NCBI RefSeq assembly: GCF_009914755.1
Contig: NC_060929.1
Length of the DNA: 64,000 bases
Strand: one strand, 5' to 3'
From: the human T2T-CHM13v2.0 reference genome, Homo sapiens
Shown here piece after piece: positions 27,211-40,417 of the stretch. The position numbers and the translations under genes are program-made. Numbering within the stretch: the stretch's first letter is position 1; each line of letters opens with the position of its first letter. Under the pieces are notes generated by a model. The model ran no database searches, was not told the DNA's origin, and saw nothing but the letters and a program-made list of their open reading frames with translations.

Positions 27211-29194
27211 GCACATCTCATTTAAAATGTATTGATTTATTTAGGCTTCTTTGAGTCTTCATCATTCCAATGGTAAAAATAAACAGATACATACACACAT
27301 ATATTTATAAAAATAAGATTTTGCAAATTATATTGCTTTTACTCTTTGTTAGAATGAGAGGATTGACTCTTGCAACGTTGTTATTTCTAACCAAAACTGT
27401 AAAATTCTTATTAATGCTCTCATTTCTGTGTATTGGAATTTGAAGTTAAAATGTGTGTGCACATGCGCACATACACCCCCCCATATTTTCATTATATAAC
27501 ACACCTATATTTTAATTATATATACAAAATATCCAGAACAATATAAAATTTTCTGTATAATTTTGTCCATGTCCTTCCTCCAGCGTTTAAATCGAGTACC
27601 CTTCATTTATTTTATGTATGTACATATGTGAACATATTAAACTCTCCTGGAATTTCTTAAGGAATATTTTAAATTATGCTCATTATCTTTACTAGTCTCA
27701 TAATACTATGATTCCAAGATGATACTATCTAATTCAGAAAGCTGTATATAATTATTTAGTCTTAAAAGCTTGAATCAAACATCAATTAAAATTAATTTAC
27801 TAGAAATTCAGGATTGGATTTTTAAGATAATTGAAAGAAACAAAGTCACCTTTCTTGGACAAATCTGATTCTGAAACTTCTTTCATTAAATATACGCTTC
27901 ATTTTTCTCTGTAATTTGCTTAAGTAAACATGATAGACACAATTATTTTGGCAAGACAAATACAATCAACTTCATTTTAGTAATCTTCCGAAATTTTTAG
28001 TGGTCACTTTCAAGGAAGAATTAGAGGATTTTGGAAAGAATTGACAGATGACATTCTGCAAAATGCCTTTATCAAATGGCTTGCAAGATTAAGATGGAGT
28101 ATTTATTAGTTAACCCACACACAGCAAGCAGAGGGGAGTGGAAATTCATGATGTACGGGATGTCCTGCCAACACTGCACGGGATGGTCTACACATCTCTG
28201 ATTGCAATAACACAACCAGTCTGATAATATTCTGTACATGGACTCATAGCATATTTTATGGCTTACAAAATAATAGTCAAATGCTAATAAATAATTGACT
28301 TGAAAAAACTGAGGACATAATATAAAAGTAATACTATTTATTTTATTCATTGCTCTAAAATAATTTTATAAATTTGTCTACTCATGTTCAGCAGTGGAGT
28401 TCTGAGATTAATTTTATTTTCCTTTCATAAGTCAAGACAATGGGGAATTTTAATTCTGTAAAGACTCAACATCCTTCCTCTCCACTTCATTTGGTAATTG
28501 TCTTCTTTCATGACTGAATTCCTCTTAGTCTTAGCCTGAGTCCCACTTTGTGCTTATTCCACAATGATGTCTGCTGTGAGGCCATTTCCTTATCAGGGTC
28601 TCCAGACTATTTTCAGAACATCACTCGTGTCATTTTTAGTTACTGACAATTCACTTGAACTACAGAGTCTTTGGCAGCTGCATCAAAAGGAGGCTCTATT
28701 TACTTCAAATCCATTAAAAATTCTTGCTACAGCATAGACATTAAAGTTTTCAGGGTTTTTTTTTGGCTGTTACCTCTGTATCCTTTCATCTGTCTTTAAC
28801 CCTTTGATATAAAATATATATTGATTTTATTTTATACACCACTTAATTTTATATGAAGCGTATCCCCAGTTGGGTCGAAACACAGATTCTATAACAGTTC
28901 CTGTGTAACATAAATGCATAACATCTCTAGCTACAGCTTCTTGGGGCTGTTTCTAATGTTTAACTGAGTTTTGGAATATGCTAACTCTTTTTGACTACTA
29001 GTTCTACACGCATAGATACTCTAATGTGCCCAACATATAAATACATGCCAAAAATGAATCAACTGTGGTGTGAAAAAATGATGTCAGAAGTTTTTTTCTT
29101 TTTTCTTTATAATATATAGATAATGATTAAAAAGATAAATTAATGACCAAATGACATGTGATATGAGATACTACTAAGTACTCATTTAATGTAA

Positions 29195-29380
29195 AAAATT
29201 TCTTCAATACTTACTGAATACTCCCTAGAAGTGAGTGCTTTCCTCATCTAGAGGATGAAGACACAAACAAAAAAGACAAAAATCACTGGTCTAATAGTGC
29301 TTACATTCCAGAACAGGAAGACAGAAAGTCAAAAAGCGACTTTGCAAGACAATGTATACTTTCAGGTGGTGCTGAAAAAA
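29195..29380 (-). mobile_element. L2 3' relic
   Basis: AATACTTACTGAATACT...AAAGACAAAAATCACTGGTCTAATAGTGCTTACATTCCAG. Confidence 0.55.
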
Positions 29381-30038
29381 ATAAGTCTAAATTCTCAACA
29401 AAATAATTCCACCAGGAACAAGTTTAAAGTGCTGTATTATCAGAATGCCAGCAAGCTTATTACTGAAAGTACTTTCATGGTTGGTGTCTGTAGAACTAAA
29501 ATATGTTTTACTGATGAAGTCTTGAATTTGGAGTAATGAATACCTGCAAGGGGAGGACAGGAATTTGGGGAGGACACACACTTTAGTTTGGTCTAGGTGA
29601 GTGATTGAGAAAGTCTGTTCAGTAGATCATTCTGACTTATAAAGGACAATATTCACCACTGATTCATAAAGATAAAAATAAAGACATTATTTTAAGTGTT
29701 CCATAAAGTTATTTGACTTAAATTACTGTTCTGTATATCTTTTTCTATATTTTGTTGATAAAATATTACATGATTAATGAAATCATACTGATAGTAGTAC
29801 TTTTAATAATTCTGACTGAAATAAAATAGAAAACCCTATGTATGGTGCTTTTCAAATTCAAAACTCTAGAAATATTCTAGAGGACAAATAACGATGACCC
29901 AGCCAGTATTTCAGAACCTGTCAAACTTTTTAAACAATATGCTAGCAATATCCAATAACAGTCCTAAAGTAATGAAACACTGTGTGACTATTTGGTTTTT
30001 CATATTACCCATTGAAGTCTAATGAAAAGAATATTTTT

Positions 30039-30354
<316 letters not shown>

Positions 30355-31364
30355 TTAAGTCCTCAGAATATGTGAACGAGCCAGGGGAAGAAACATGTGA
30401 CAAGAGGTATTGCATCTCTTTACATGGCATGAAATTTTATATGTATCCTATAATCTATATTCTGTAATTACAGCTAAAAAATGATTAAAAATGTCTAATA
30501 CCAAGAAACATCAGTGCTGACAGAAAAGATTTTTTGGTTGATTTTATTTGTTTGATTATTTTTTAAATATGTTATGCATTAGCTCATATATGAGGAATAA
30601 GTCTTCTGTGTTCAGAAACTCTATGGAGACAGTTTTTAAAGGATGGATTTGGAGGATTTGAAGCCATGTGCATCTTACCCTAAGATTCATACTCTCTCCT
30701 TGTTATTAAAATTTATACTTTTGCTGCAGTTAAGTTGAACTATACAGTTGTTTCATGAATATGAGCCTGTTACATCCAAGATAAATGTTATTGTGTTGTA
30801 AATATCTAAAGGGCATATAGTATGTAAAATGTCTGGATGATGGATGCTCAGTTAGAAAGCAATAAATATATGACTTTGCTTTTCTCATCCTGGTGAATCC
30901 TGCATAAATCATGATAGAGCCTCTTGCACGTGGGTTGCAACTAAACAGAGAGAAATTTGACAAAGAAGTTGAGCGCAGTACTCAGAAATTGTACTAAAGT
31001 TGGAGAAGAGAACAACAACAACAAAAAAAACACAAAACAAAATACTGAGACATATCATTTCCTCATATTTTCTATAAAGGAATGGTGTGAATTTAATTTT
31101 AAATTTGTTACTATTCCATTTACAAGAACATATTGCTATGAGGTAAATGTAATCCTGTATTCACAGGTTTCCATTAAGGGTGAGATTTTGTGTTTGTCAT
31201 TTCTGCAAAAATCTAAAGTATTATTTCCCCTACATGTCCATGCAACCTTGTATTAGAAAATGACTAATTCATAAAATATTTTTAAATACATTTGTATTTG
31301 TCATTGATTATTTGGAAACTAATGAATTAATTATAAAATTATAATATTCAAAAGCATTTTATTT

Positions 31365-33899
31365 TATAAATTTTATTTTTTTAATTTTAAATTTTGATTT
31401 TTGTTGTTACATAATATGTGTTTATATTTTTGTGGTACATGACATACTTTGTTACAGACATGCAATGCATAATAACCACATCAAGTTAAATGACATATTT
31501 GTCTCTGCATGTATTTATCCTTTGTGTTACAAACAATTCAATTATACTCCTTTAGTTATTTTAAAATGTGCAATTAAATTTATTATTAACTATGGTCACC
31601 CCGTTGTGCTAGCAAATGCTAAGTCTTATTCATTCCTTCTATTTTATTGTGCCATTAACCATGCTTACTGTCCCCACCTCCTCCAACACACACACCTCCA
31701 TTATTCTTCCCAGCCTTTGGTAAATATCCCTATACTCTCTATCTCCATGAATTCAATTATTTTAATGTTTAGCTTCCACAAATAATATCTAAAGGGCATA
31801 TAGTATGTAAGTGTGAGAACATGTGAAGTTTTTCTTCTGATGCTTGGCTTATTTCACTTAACATAATGACCTCTAGTTCTATCTATATTGTTGCACATGA
31901 CAGGATCTCATTTTTTTATGAGCGAATAGTAGAATTCCATTGTGTATATGTATCACAGTTTCTTTATCCATTTGTCTGTTGATGAACACTAGGGTTGCTC
32001 CAAATCTTGGCTACTGTGAAAAGTGCTGAAATAAACATGGGGGTGCACATACGTCTTCTATATTATGATTTTCTTTATCTTACCTAGCAGTGGGATTGCT
32101 GGATCACATGGTAGTTCTATTTTTACTTTTTTGAGAAGTGTACAAACTGTTGTCCACAGTGGTTGTACTAATTTATATTCCCATCAACAGTGTGCAAGTG
32201 TTCATTTTTCTCCACTTCCTCACTGACATAAAAACCATTTTAACTAGGATATGATATCTCTGTAGTTTTGATTTGCATTTGTCTGATGATCAATGATGCA
32301 GAGCACCTTTTGATATTCCTGTTTGCCATTTGTATATCTATTCAGATCTTTGACCTATTTTTGGATCAGATTGCTAGATTTTTTTCCTATAGATTTGTCT
32401 GAGTTTCTTTTATAATAAGTTCCAAATATTAATCTCTTATAAACAAATATTTGGCAAATGTTTTTTCCCATTCTGTGCATTTTCTCTTCACTTTGTTTCC
32501 TTTGCTATTGAAATACTAATGTCATTCCTCACTAACACAATTTACAGAAGCTTTTAACTTGATGTGATCACATTTGTCCATTTTTGCTTTGGTTCCCTAT
32601 TCTTATGGGTGTTACTCAAGAAATCTTTGCCCAGAACAATGTCCTAGAGACTTTCCCCAATGTTATCTTTTAGTAGTTTCATAATTTGAAGTCTAGGATT
32701 TAAATCTTTAGTCTATTTTGATTTGATTTTTGTATATGGCAAGAGATACGGGGTCTACTTTCATTAATATGCATACAGATGTCCAGTTTCCCCAGAACTA
32801 TTCATTAAAGAGACTGTCTTTTCACCAATGGAGGTTCTTGGCATCTGTCAAAAATGAATTCAGCATAGATTAATGGATTTTTTTCTTAGTTCTCTATTTT
32901 GGTCCATTGATCTGTGTGTCTGTTTTTATGACAGTACCATGTTGTTTTGGTTACTAGAGTTCTGTAGTATAATTTGAAGTAAGGTAATATAATTTTTCCA
33001 GTTTTGTTCTTTGTGTTTCGAATAGCTTTGGCTATATAGGGTCTACTGTGGTTTCATATAAATTTTAAGACTTTTTTCTATTTCAGTGAAGAATGTCATT
33101 GATATTTTGATAGTGATTTCATTGAATCTGTAGATTGCTTTGATTAGTGTGGACATTTTAACAATATTGATTCTTTCAACACATGAACATACAATATTTT
33201 TTCAATTTTTTGTGTCCTCTTCAATTTCTTTCACCAGTGTTTTATTGTTTTAATTGTAGACATCTTTCCCAGATTCAGTAAAGTTAATTTCCAGGTATTT
33301 AATTTTATTTGTGGCCATTGTACAAGGGATTAAATTTTAAATTTTCTTTTTCAGATTGTTCACTGTTGGCATATAGAAATGCTACTGATTTTTGTATGTT
33401 GATTTTGTATTTTGCAACTTTACTGAATTTATTTATCAGTTCTAATAGGTTTTTGGTGGAGGCTTTAGGTTTTTCCAAATATAAGATCATATTAACTGCA
33501 AAGAAGGATAATATGATTTTTTCCTTTCCAAACTGGATGACCTTAATTTTTTTTCTATGATTGTTCTAGCTGACATTTCCAGGACTATGTTGAGAAACAG
33601 TGGTGACAGTGGGCAACCTTGTTATGTTCCAGATCTTAGACAAAAGACTTCCAGTTTTCCCCCATTCCGCATAATAACAGCTGTGGTACTGTCATACATA
33701 TATTTTATTATGCTGAGGTGTGTTTCCTCTATACTCAGTGTTTTGAGGTTTTTTATTATAAAGTGTTGTTGAATTACATCAAACACTTTTTCAGCATTAA
33801 TTGAAATGATCATATCTTTTTTATCCCTCATTCTGTTGATATAATGTATTACATTAATTGATTGATTTGCATACGTTGAACCATCCTTCCATTCTTGGG
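31365..33899 (-). mobile_element. L1MA2-like element, 3'UTR to RT domain
   Basis: TTTATCCTTTGTGTTACAAACAATTCAATTATAC 3'UTR. Minus-strand peptides [40 protein letters not shown] and MIISINAEKVFD are L1 ORF2 RT. Confidence 0.92.
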
Positions 33900-34439
33900 T
33901 ATATTAGTCAGGGTTCTTTAGAGGAATGGACTAATAGAATACATGTATATATGAAGTACAGTTCATTAAGGAGTATTGACTTGCACAATCTCAAGGTGAA
34001 GTCCCACATTAGGCTGTCTGCAAGCCAAGGAGCAAGGAAGCCAGTCTGAGTCCCAAAACCTCAAAAGTAGGAAAGCTGACAGTGCAGCCTTCAGTCTGTG
34101 GTCAAAGGCCCAAGAGCCCCTTGCAAACCACTGGTGTAAGTATACGAGTCCAAAAGCTGAAGAACTTGGAGTCTGATGTTCAAGGACAGAAAGCATCAAG
34201 CATGGAAGGAAGACAAAGGCTGCAAGACTCAGCAAGTCTGCTCTTTCCAACTTCTTCTTCATGATTTATTCTAGCCATGCGGGCAGCTGAGTAGATTGTA
34301 CCCACCCAGACTGAGAGTATGTCTGCCTCTCCCAGTACCTGACTCAAATGTTAATCTCCTTTGACAACACCCCATCTGACATGCCCAGGAACAATATTTT
34401 GCATCCTGCAATCCAATCAACACAATATTAACCATCACA
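33900..34439 (-). mobile_element. ERVL LTR, MLT2A2-like
   Basis: ATTAGTCAGGGTTCT...CCAAAAGCTGAAGAACTTGGAGTCTGATGTTC...GACTCAAATGTTAATCTCCTTTG...TATTAACCATCACA. Confidence 0.92.
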
Positions 34440-34448
34440 AGTATTTAC

Positions 34449-34809
34449 TGTGTTAGTACATTTGCATGATGCTATGAAGAAATACCTGAGACTGGGCAAT
34501 TTATAAAGAAAAGCGGTTTAATTGACTCACAGTTCTGCATGGCTTGGGAGGGCTTAGGAAACTTATAATCATGGTAGAAGGTACTTCTTCACAGGGTGGC
34601 AGGAGAGAGAATGAAAGCAAGTGGGAGAAATGCCAGAACCTTATAAAACAATCAGATTTTGTGAGACTCACTCACTATCACAAGAACAGCATAGGGGAAA
34701 CTGCTCCTTATTCAATTACCTCCACAGAGTCTGTCCCATGATATGTGGGGATTACACGATCGCAATTCAAAATGAGATTTGGGTGAGGACAAAAAGCCAA
34801 ACCATATCA
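34449..34809 (-). mobile_element. MaLR LTR, THE1D-like
   Basis: GCTATGAAGAAATACCTGAGACTGGG...AATTGACTCACAGTTC...GAGATTTGGGTGAGGAC...GCCAAACCATATCA. Confidence 0.9.
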
Positions 34810-35547
34810 TTTTTCCACATCCCCTCCTAAATTTCATGTCTTAACATTTCAAAACCCAGCCCTTTCAAAAGTTCTCCAGAGTCTTAACTCATTCCAGTAT
34901 TAACCCAAAAGTCCAAATCCAAAGCCTCATCTGAAACAAGGCAAGTACCTCCCATCTGTGAATCTGTAAAATCAAAAGCAAGTTAATTACTTCCTAGATA
35001 CAATGGAGGTATGGGCATAGGGTAAATACAGCCATTCCAAATGGAAGAAATTGGCCAAAACGAAGGGGCTACATGTCCCACACAAATCTGAAATCCAAAA
35101 GAGCAGTCATTAAAACTTAAACTTCCAAAACAATCTCCTTTGATTCCATGTCTCACATCCAGGGCATGCTGACGCAAGAGGTTGGCTTCCATGGCCTTGG
35201 GAAGCTCTGCCCCTGCAGAGTAACACCTACCTTTCCAGCTGCTTTCACAGGCTGGCATTGAGTGACTGCAAGATGTTTGTGGATCTACCATTCTGGGGAC
35301 TAGAGAATGGTCGCCCTCTTCTCACAGCTCAACTAGGCAGTGTCCCAGTGCAGACTCTTTGTGGTGCCTCCAACCCCATATTTCCTTTCCACACTGCCCT
35401 ATCTAGCAGAGGTTCTCCATGAGGACGCCACCCCTGCAGTAAACTTCTGCCTGGGCATCCAGGCATTTTCATACATTCTCTGAAATCTAGGTGGAGGTTT
35501 CCAAACCTAAATTGTTGACTTCTGTGCACCCTCAGGCCCAACACCAC
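34810..35547 (-). mobile_element. THE1-int, truncated internal region
   Basis: GTCTTAACTCATTCCAG...TACTTCCTAGATACAATGG...CTCTGAAATCTAGGTGGAGG, ending abruptly at AGGCCCAACACCAC. Confidence 0.9.
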
Positions 35548-36670
35548 TCAAAGATCATTTAGCAACCTATTGTTTAATTTCCATGTGTTTATACAGTTTC
35601 CAAAATTCCTCTTCTTATTGATTTCTAGTTAAATTGTAGTCAGAGAACATGTTTGAAGTTAATTCAAATCTTTGGGATGTTCTGATACTTGTTTTGTGAC
35701 CTAACATATGGTCTATCCTTGAGAATGATCCAAGTGCTGAGGGGAAAAATGTGTATTCTCCGGCCACTGGACGAAATGTTCTGTAAATACCTATTAGGCC
35801 CATTTGTTCTATAGCACAGATTAAGTTCTATGTTTATTTATTTTCTGTCTGGAAGATGTGTCCAATGGTGTTCAATTGTGAAAGTGGGCTGTATTTTTTT
35901 TAGCACTTTTAATATATCATAACACTGTCTGCTGGCCCATAATGTTTTCACTGAAAGTCTGGACTAGACATACTGGAGCTCTATTATATGTTTTGTGTTT
36001 ATTTCATCTTGCTGCTTTAAGGAACCTTTCTTTATCCTTCATTTTTGGGAGTTTGATTATTTAATACCCTGAGGTAGTTTTCTTTAGATTAAATCTGTTT
36101 GGTATTCTATAACTTTCTTTACTTGAATATTGATATCTTTCTCTAATTTTGGGAAGTTCTCTGATGTTATCTTTTGAATAAACTTTCTACCCCTATTCCT
36201 GTCTACCTCCTCTTTAAGGCCAAAGCTCTTATTATTCCTCTTTTCAAGCTATTTTCTAGATATTTGAGGCATGCTTTATTATTATTATTTTTCCTTTTGT
36301 CTCTTTGATGTGTATTTTCAAATAGCCTGTCTTAAAGCTCAGTAATACTTTCTTCTGCTTGATCAGTTCTAAAAGTTAGAGATACTGAAATATTCTTCAA
36401 TAGTCCAATTACATTTTTCAGCTGCAGAATTTCTGCTTGATTCTTTTAATTATTTTATTCTTTTTGTTAAATTTTTCTGTTAGAATTCTGAATTCTCTCT
36501 GTGTGTTATCTTGAATTTCTTTGAGATTCCTCAACATAGCTATTTTGATTTCTCTGTCTAAAAGTTTACGTATCTCTGCTGCTCCCAAGATTGGTCCCTG
36601 GTGACTATTTAGTTCATTTGGTGAGGTCATGTTTTCCTCACTTGTTCTGATGCTTGCAGATGTTTGTCAG
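35548..36670 (-). mobile_element. L1 endonuclease and ORF1-region fragments (continuation of the L1MA element)
   Basis: Peptide IYRTFRPVAGEYTFFPSALGSFSRIDHMLGHK is L1 EN. The peptide at 36418-36630 is ORF1-like. Confidence 0.85.
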
Positions 36671-37112
36671 TGATATACTGCATATTTGCCCCAGCTCAAA
36701 TTTTACATTGAAATGTTATTCCTCAGTGTTGGAAGTGGGTATTCATGGGAAGTATTTGGATTATGGGGGCAGATTCCTCATTAATGGCTTAGGCCATCTC
36801 CTTGATGATAAGTGAGCTCTTGTTCTGAGTTCACATGAGTTCTGGTGATTTAAGAATGTGTGGCACCTCCCCCACTACTCTCTCTCTCCCTTCCCGACTC
36901 TCTCTCACTTACTCCTTCTTTTTCCATGTGCATGTGATTTTCCTTCTTCATCTTCTGCTATGATAACAATCTTCCTGAGGCCTCCTTAGAAGGATGCCAC
37001 GACCATGGTTTCTCTAAAACATGTACAACCATGATTCAATTAAATCTCTTTTCTCTATATATAACCCAGTGTCAGCTATTTACTTATAGTAATGCAACAA
37101 TGGCTTAATACA
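36671..37112 (+). mobile_element. MSTB-like 5' LTR
   Basis: TGATAT...GATTATGGGGGCAGATTCCTCA...GTGTGGCACCTCCCCC...CTTAATACA. Confidence 0.88.
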
Positions 37113-39157
37113 GAAAATTAGTACTGATTATTGGCACACTGCTATGAAGATCCCTGAAAATGTGGAAGCAGCTTGGGAACCACGTAACAGGCAGAAGTTG
37201 GACAAGTTTGGAGGGCTCAAAGAAGACAGGAAGATGAAGACAAGTTTGGAACTTCTTAGAGACTGATAAATGATTGTGCCCAAACTGTTGATAGTAATAT
37301 GGACAGTGAAGTCCAGTCTGCTAAGGTCTGAGAAGGAAATTAGGAACTCATTGGGAATTGGAGCAAAGGTCACTTGAGTTATGTCTTAGCAATGAGTTTA
37401 GCTGCATTCTGTTTATATCCTAGGGTCTGAGGAAGTTTGAACTAAAGAGTGATAATTTAGTGTATCTGGCAGAAGAAATTTCTATGCAGCCAAGTGACCT
37501 GGCTGCTTCTAACAACCTAGACTCAGATGTGGGAACAGAGTGATGACTTAAAGTTGGAACTTATATTAAAAAAGAAAAGTAGAACACAAAAGTTTAGAAA
37601 ATGTGAAGCCTGGCCATGTGGCAGCGAAATAAAGCTTTTTCAGGAGAGGAATTCAAGCAGGTTGTGGAGCAATTTATTGTGAGAGGAATTTGTATAACTA
37701 AAAGGGTGGCAGATGCTGCTATCTAACACAATCAGGAAAAAGTCTTGAAGGCATTTCAGAGACCTTTGTGGCAGCCCCTCCCATCACAGGCCCAGAGGCC
37801 TAGGAGGGAAGAATGGTTTCATAGGCCACGTCCAGGGCCTCACTTCCCTGCACAGCCTCAGAACATTGCTTTTGCATCATAGATGATCTTGTTCCAGCCT
37901 CAGCTCAGTGGGGCTTAGGTATAGCTCAGGCCATAGGTCCAGGGTGTGCAAGCTATAAGCCTTGTGTGGTTTCACATGGTGCTAAGACTGTGGGTGCACG
38001 GAATGCAAGAGTGAATTAGGCTTGACACCTTCTGCCTAGACTTCAGCGGATGTGTAAAAAAGCCTGGATGTCCAGGCAGAAGGCTCCTGTAGGGAAAGAG
38101 CCCCTATAGAGGACCTCTACTAGGGAAGTGCAGAGGGGAAATGTGGGGTTGGAGGGCCTGAAGTCCCTAGTTAGGCACTGCCTACTGGAGCTGTGGAAAG
38201 GGGGCCACTGGCCTCCAGACCCCAGAATGTTAAATCCACCAGCAGCTTCTACCCTGCACCTGGGAAAGCTCCAGGAACTCAAGAACTTACGAGAATAGCC
38301 ATGGTGGCTGAATTCTGCAATGCCACAGTGTTACCATTGGAGGGTGTGCAGGTTCTTGGCATCCTGAATAAAGAATTGGACAAAATTCACAAACAAAGTC
38401 AGTAAAGAATGAAGCAACAAAAGCAGAGACTTACTGAAAATGAAAGTACACTCCACAGTGTGGAAGTGGGCCCAAGCATAGGGGCCCAAGAGCTCTGTTA
38501 CAGAATTTTCTGGTGTCTAAATACACTCTAGAGGTTTCACCTGGTTACTTAGTGTATGCTCTATGTGAATGAAGAAGATTAAGTTACAAAGTCATTTACA
38601 TGGTGTATGCCCTATGTAAATGGAGAGGATATTTTCTGTCATAGCTGAAGTGCTTCCATTTGATTTAGTTCTAGGAAGTCAGCATAAATCGGTTTATGTT
38701 CCTTGCCTCCACACCTTATTCTCCTGCCTCAACAGGGGCAGACAGGCAGAGCTTCTCAGAGCCTTGGAGGTTCACCCCTTGCATCAGTGTGCCCTGGATG
38801 TGGGATATGGAGTCAAAGGAATCTATTTTGGAGTTTTAAGATGTAATGACTGTCATGCTGAATTTCCGACTTGTGTGAAGCCTGTAGCCCCTTTCTTTTG
38901 TCCAGTTATTCCTTTTGGATCTGGAATGTTTACCCAATTTATGCACCCCCATTGCATCTTAGAAGTAAATGAATTGTTTTGATTTTATAGGCTCATTAGG
39001 TGGAAGGAACTCATTTTCAGATGAGACTTTGGATTTTGGACTTGAGGCTTTTGAGTTAATTCTCAAATGAGGTAAGACTTTGGGATACTATTGAGATGTC
39101 ATGATTCTATTTAGAAATATGAGAAGGACAATCATTTGGAAGATGCCAGGGGTGGAG
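37113..39157 (+). mobile_element. MST-int (MaLR internal region), interrupted by an ERV1 LTR
   Basis: CCTGAAAATGTGGAAGCAGC...TTTGGAACTTCTTAGAGAC...GCAGCCCCTCCCATCACAGGCCCAGAGGCCTAGGAGG...CAGATGAGACTTTGGA, with purine tract AGGGGTGGAG before the 3' LTR. Confidence 0.9.
38329..38731 (-). mobile_element. ERV1 solo LTR, MER61-like (MER51/57/61 group)
   Basis: TGTTACC...GAAAGTACACTCCACAG...GTTACAAAGTCATTTAC...TATTCTCCTGCCTCA, with perfect 4-bp TSD ACAG (38325-38328 and 38732-38735). Confidence 0.85.
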
Positions 39158-39540
39158 TGATATAGTTAGTTTATACGTCCTTGCCCAAATCTCATATGAG
39201 TATGTAATCTCCAATGTGTGAGTTGAGGCCTGGGGGAGCTGTTGGAATGGAGGCAGATCTCTCATAATGGCTTGGACCATCTCTTTAGTGGTAAGTGAGT
39301 TCCCACTCTGAATTTACAGATCCCTTCATTTATAAGTTTGTGGCACCTCCCCCAACTTTATCTTTCTTTTATGTGTCTGCTTCTCCTCCATCTTCCACTA
39401 TGACTGGAAATTTCCTGAGGCTTGCCTAGAAGCTAAGCTGTTGCCACTATGATGCTTCTTGTGAAGCCTACACAACCTTGAGCCAATTAAATTTCTTTTC
39501 TTTATAAATTCCTCAGTCTCAGGTATTTCTTTACAGCATT
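39158..39540 (+). mobile_element. MSTB-like 3' LTR, last ~20 bp missing
   Basis: Homologous to 36671-37112: GGCAGATCTCTCAT, GTGGCACCTCCCCCA, CAGTCTCAGGTATTTCTTTACAGCA. Confidence 0.88.
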
Positions 39541-39699
39541 TCTAACTTGCATAATCATGGTTAACAATAAGCACCACTACCCTTGATGTTACTAATTAAC
39601 AGAGTATTACATTCAAAACATGTTTGTTGGTTCCTAGAGTTATTTCTTCAAACATTTTTCTGAAACTACTTTCTCATTTTAAATTTTTTACTTTGGAGT

Positions 39700-40400
39700 A
39701 ACTTTAGGCACACAATGCTGACAAATAAATGGCAGATTCCTGAAAATGTCCTCATGGATACAGAATCATTTCTTACATTTTTACATCCATAAAGTGATTG
39801 TTTTATAAACTTGATACTTGAATAATAAGTGCACTGGATATAAAATATTTATACCTTCTTTCATTGAGTTTCAAGAAACAGTGTTGATGCATTTGCGTGT
39901 TCCTTGTTTTTCTGTGGTTTTTGAAAAGCCTGATGACAGAAGCAATTTTGTGTTCGTGAGTTTTCAAATCACTGTGCCTGAGCCTTGAAAATTGTTTCTT
40001 TATCTTAAAAATCTAACAGTTGTACTAGAAAATATCTTGAAATTGATTGTTGTGCTTAATTTTCCTAGGCACCCAGTAGAATGTTTTAATATATATACTC
40101 AGGTTTTTACTAATTTTTAAGTGTTTTTAGAGTATAGGTTTAAATATTAATTGTGTCATTGTTTTATCTTTCTTTTTCAGAAAATCCAATAATGCATATG
40201 CAATTCTTTGTGTATTGTCTACTTGCCTTACTTTTTGTTCTGAACCATTTTACTTCTTTATTTATATTGTTTAATTCCTTTCTTTTCTCTTCTTTTTCAA
40301 TGTTCCTTATTAGAATTTTTTTGTCTATTTTTTGAGTACCTGTATTGCATTCTTAACTTTTACAAAATATTGTATTCTTACACTTCTTCCCTTCAGTTAA
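39700..40400 (-). mobile_element. HAL1/old-L1 relic
   Basis: TTTCTTTATCTTAAAAATCTAACAGTTGTACTAGAAAATATCTTG and similar T-rich motifs. Confidence 0.45.
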
Positions 40401-40417
40401 TCAGTTTCCTTTTTCTT

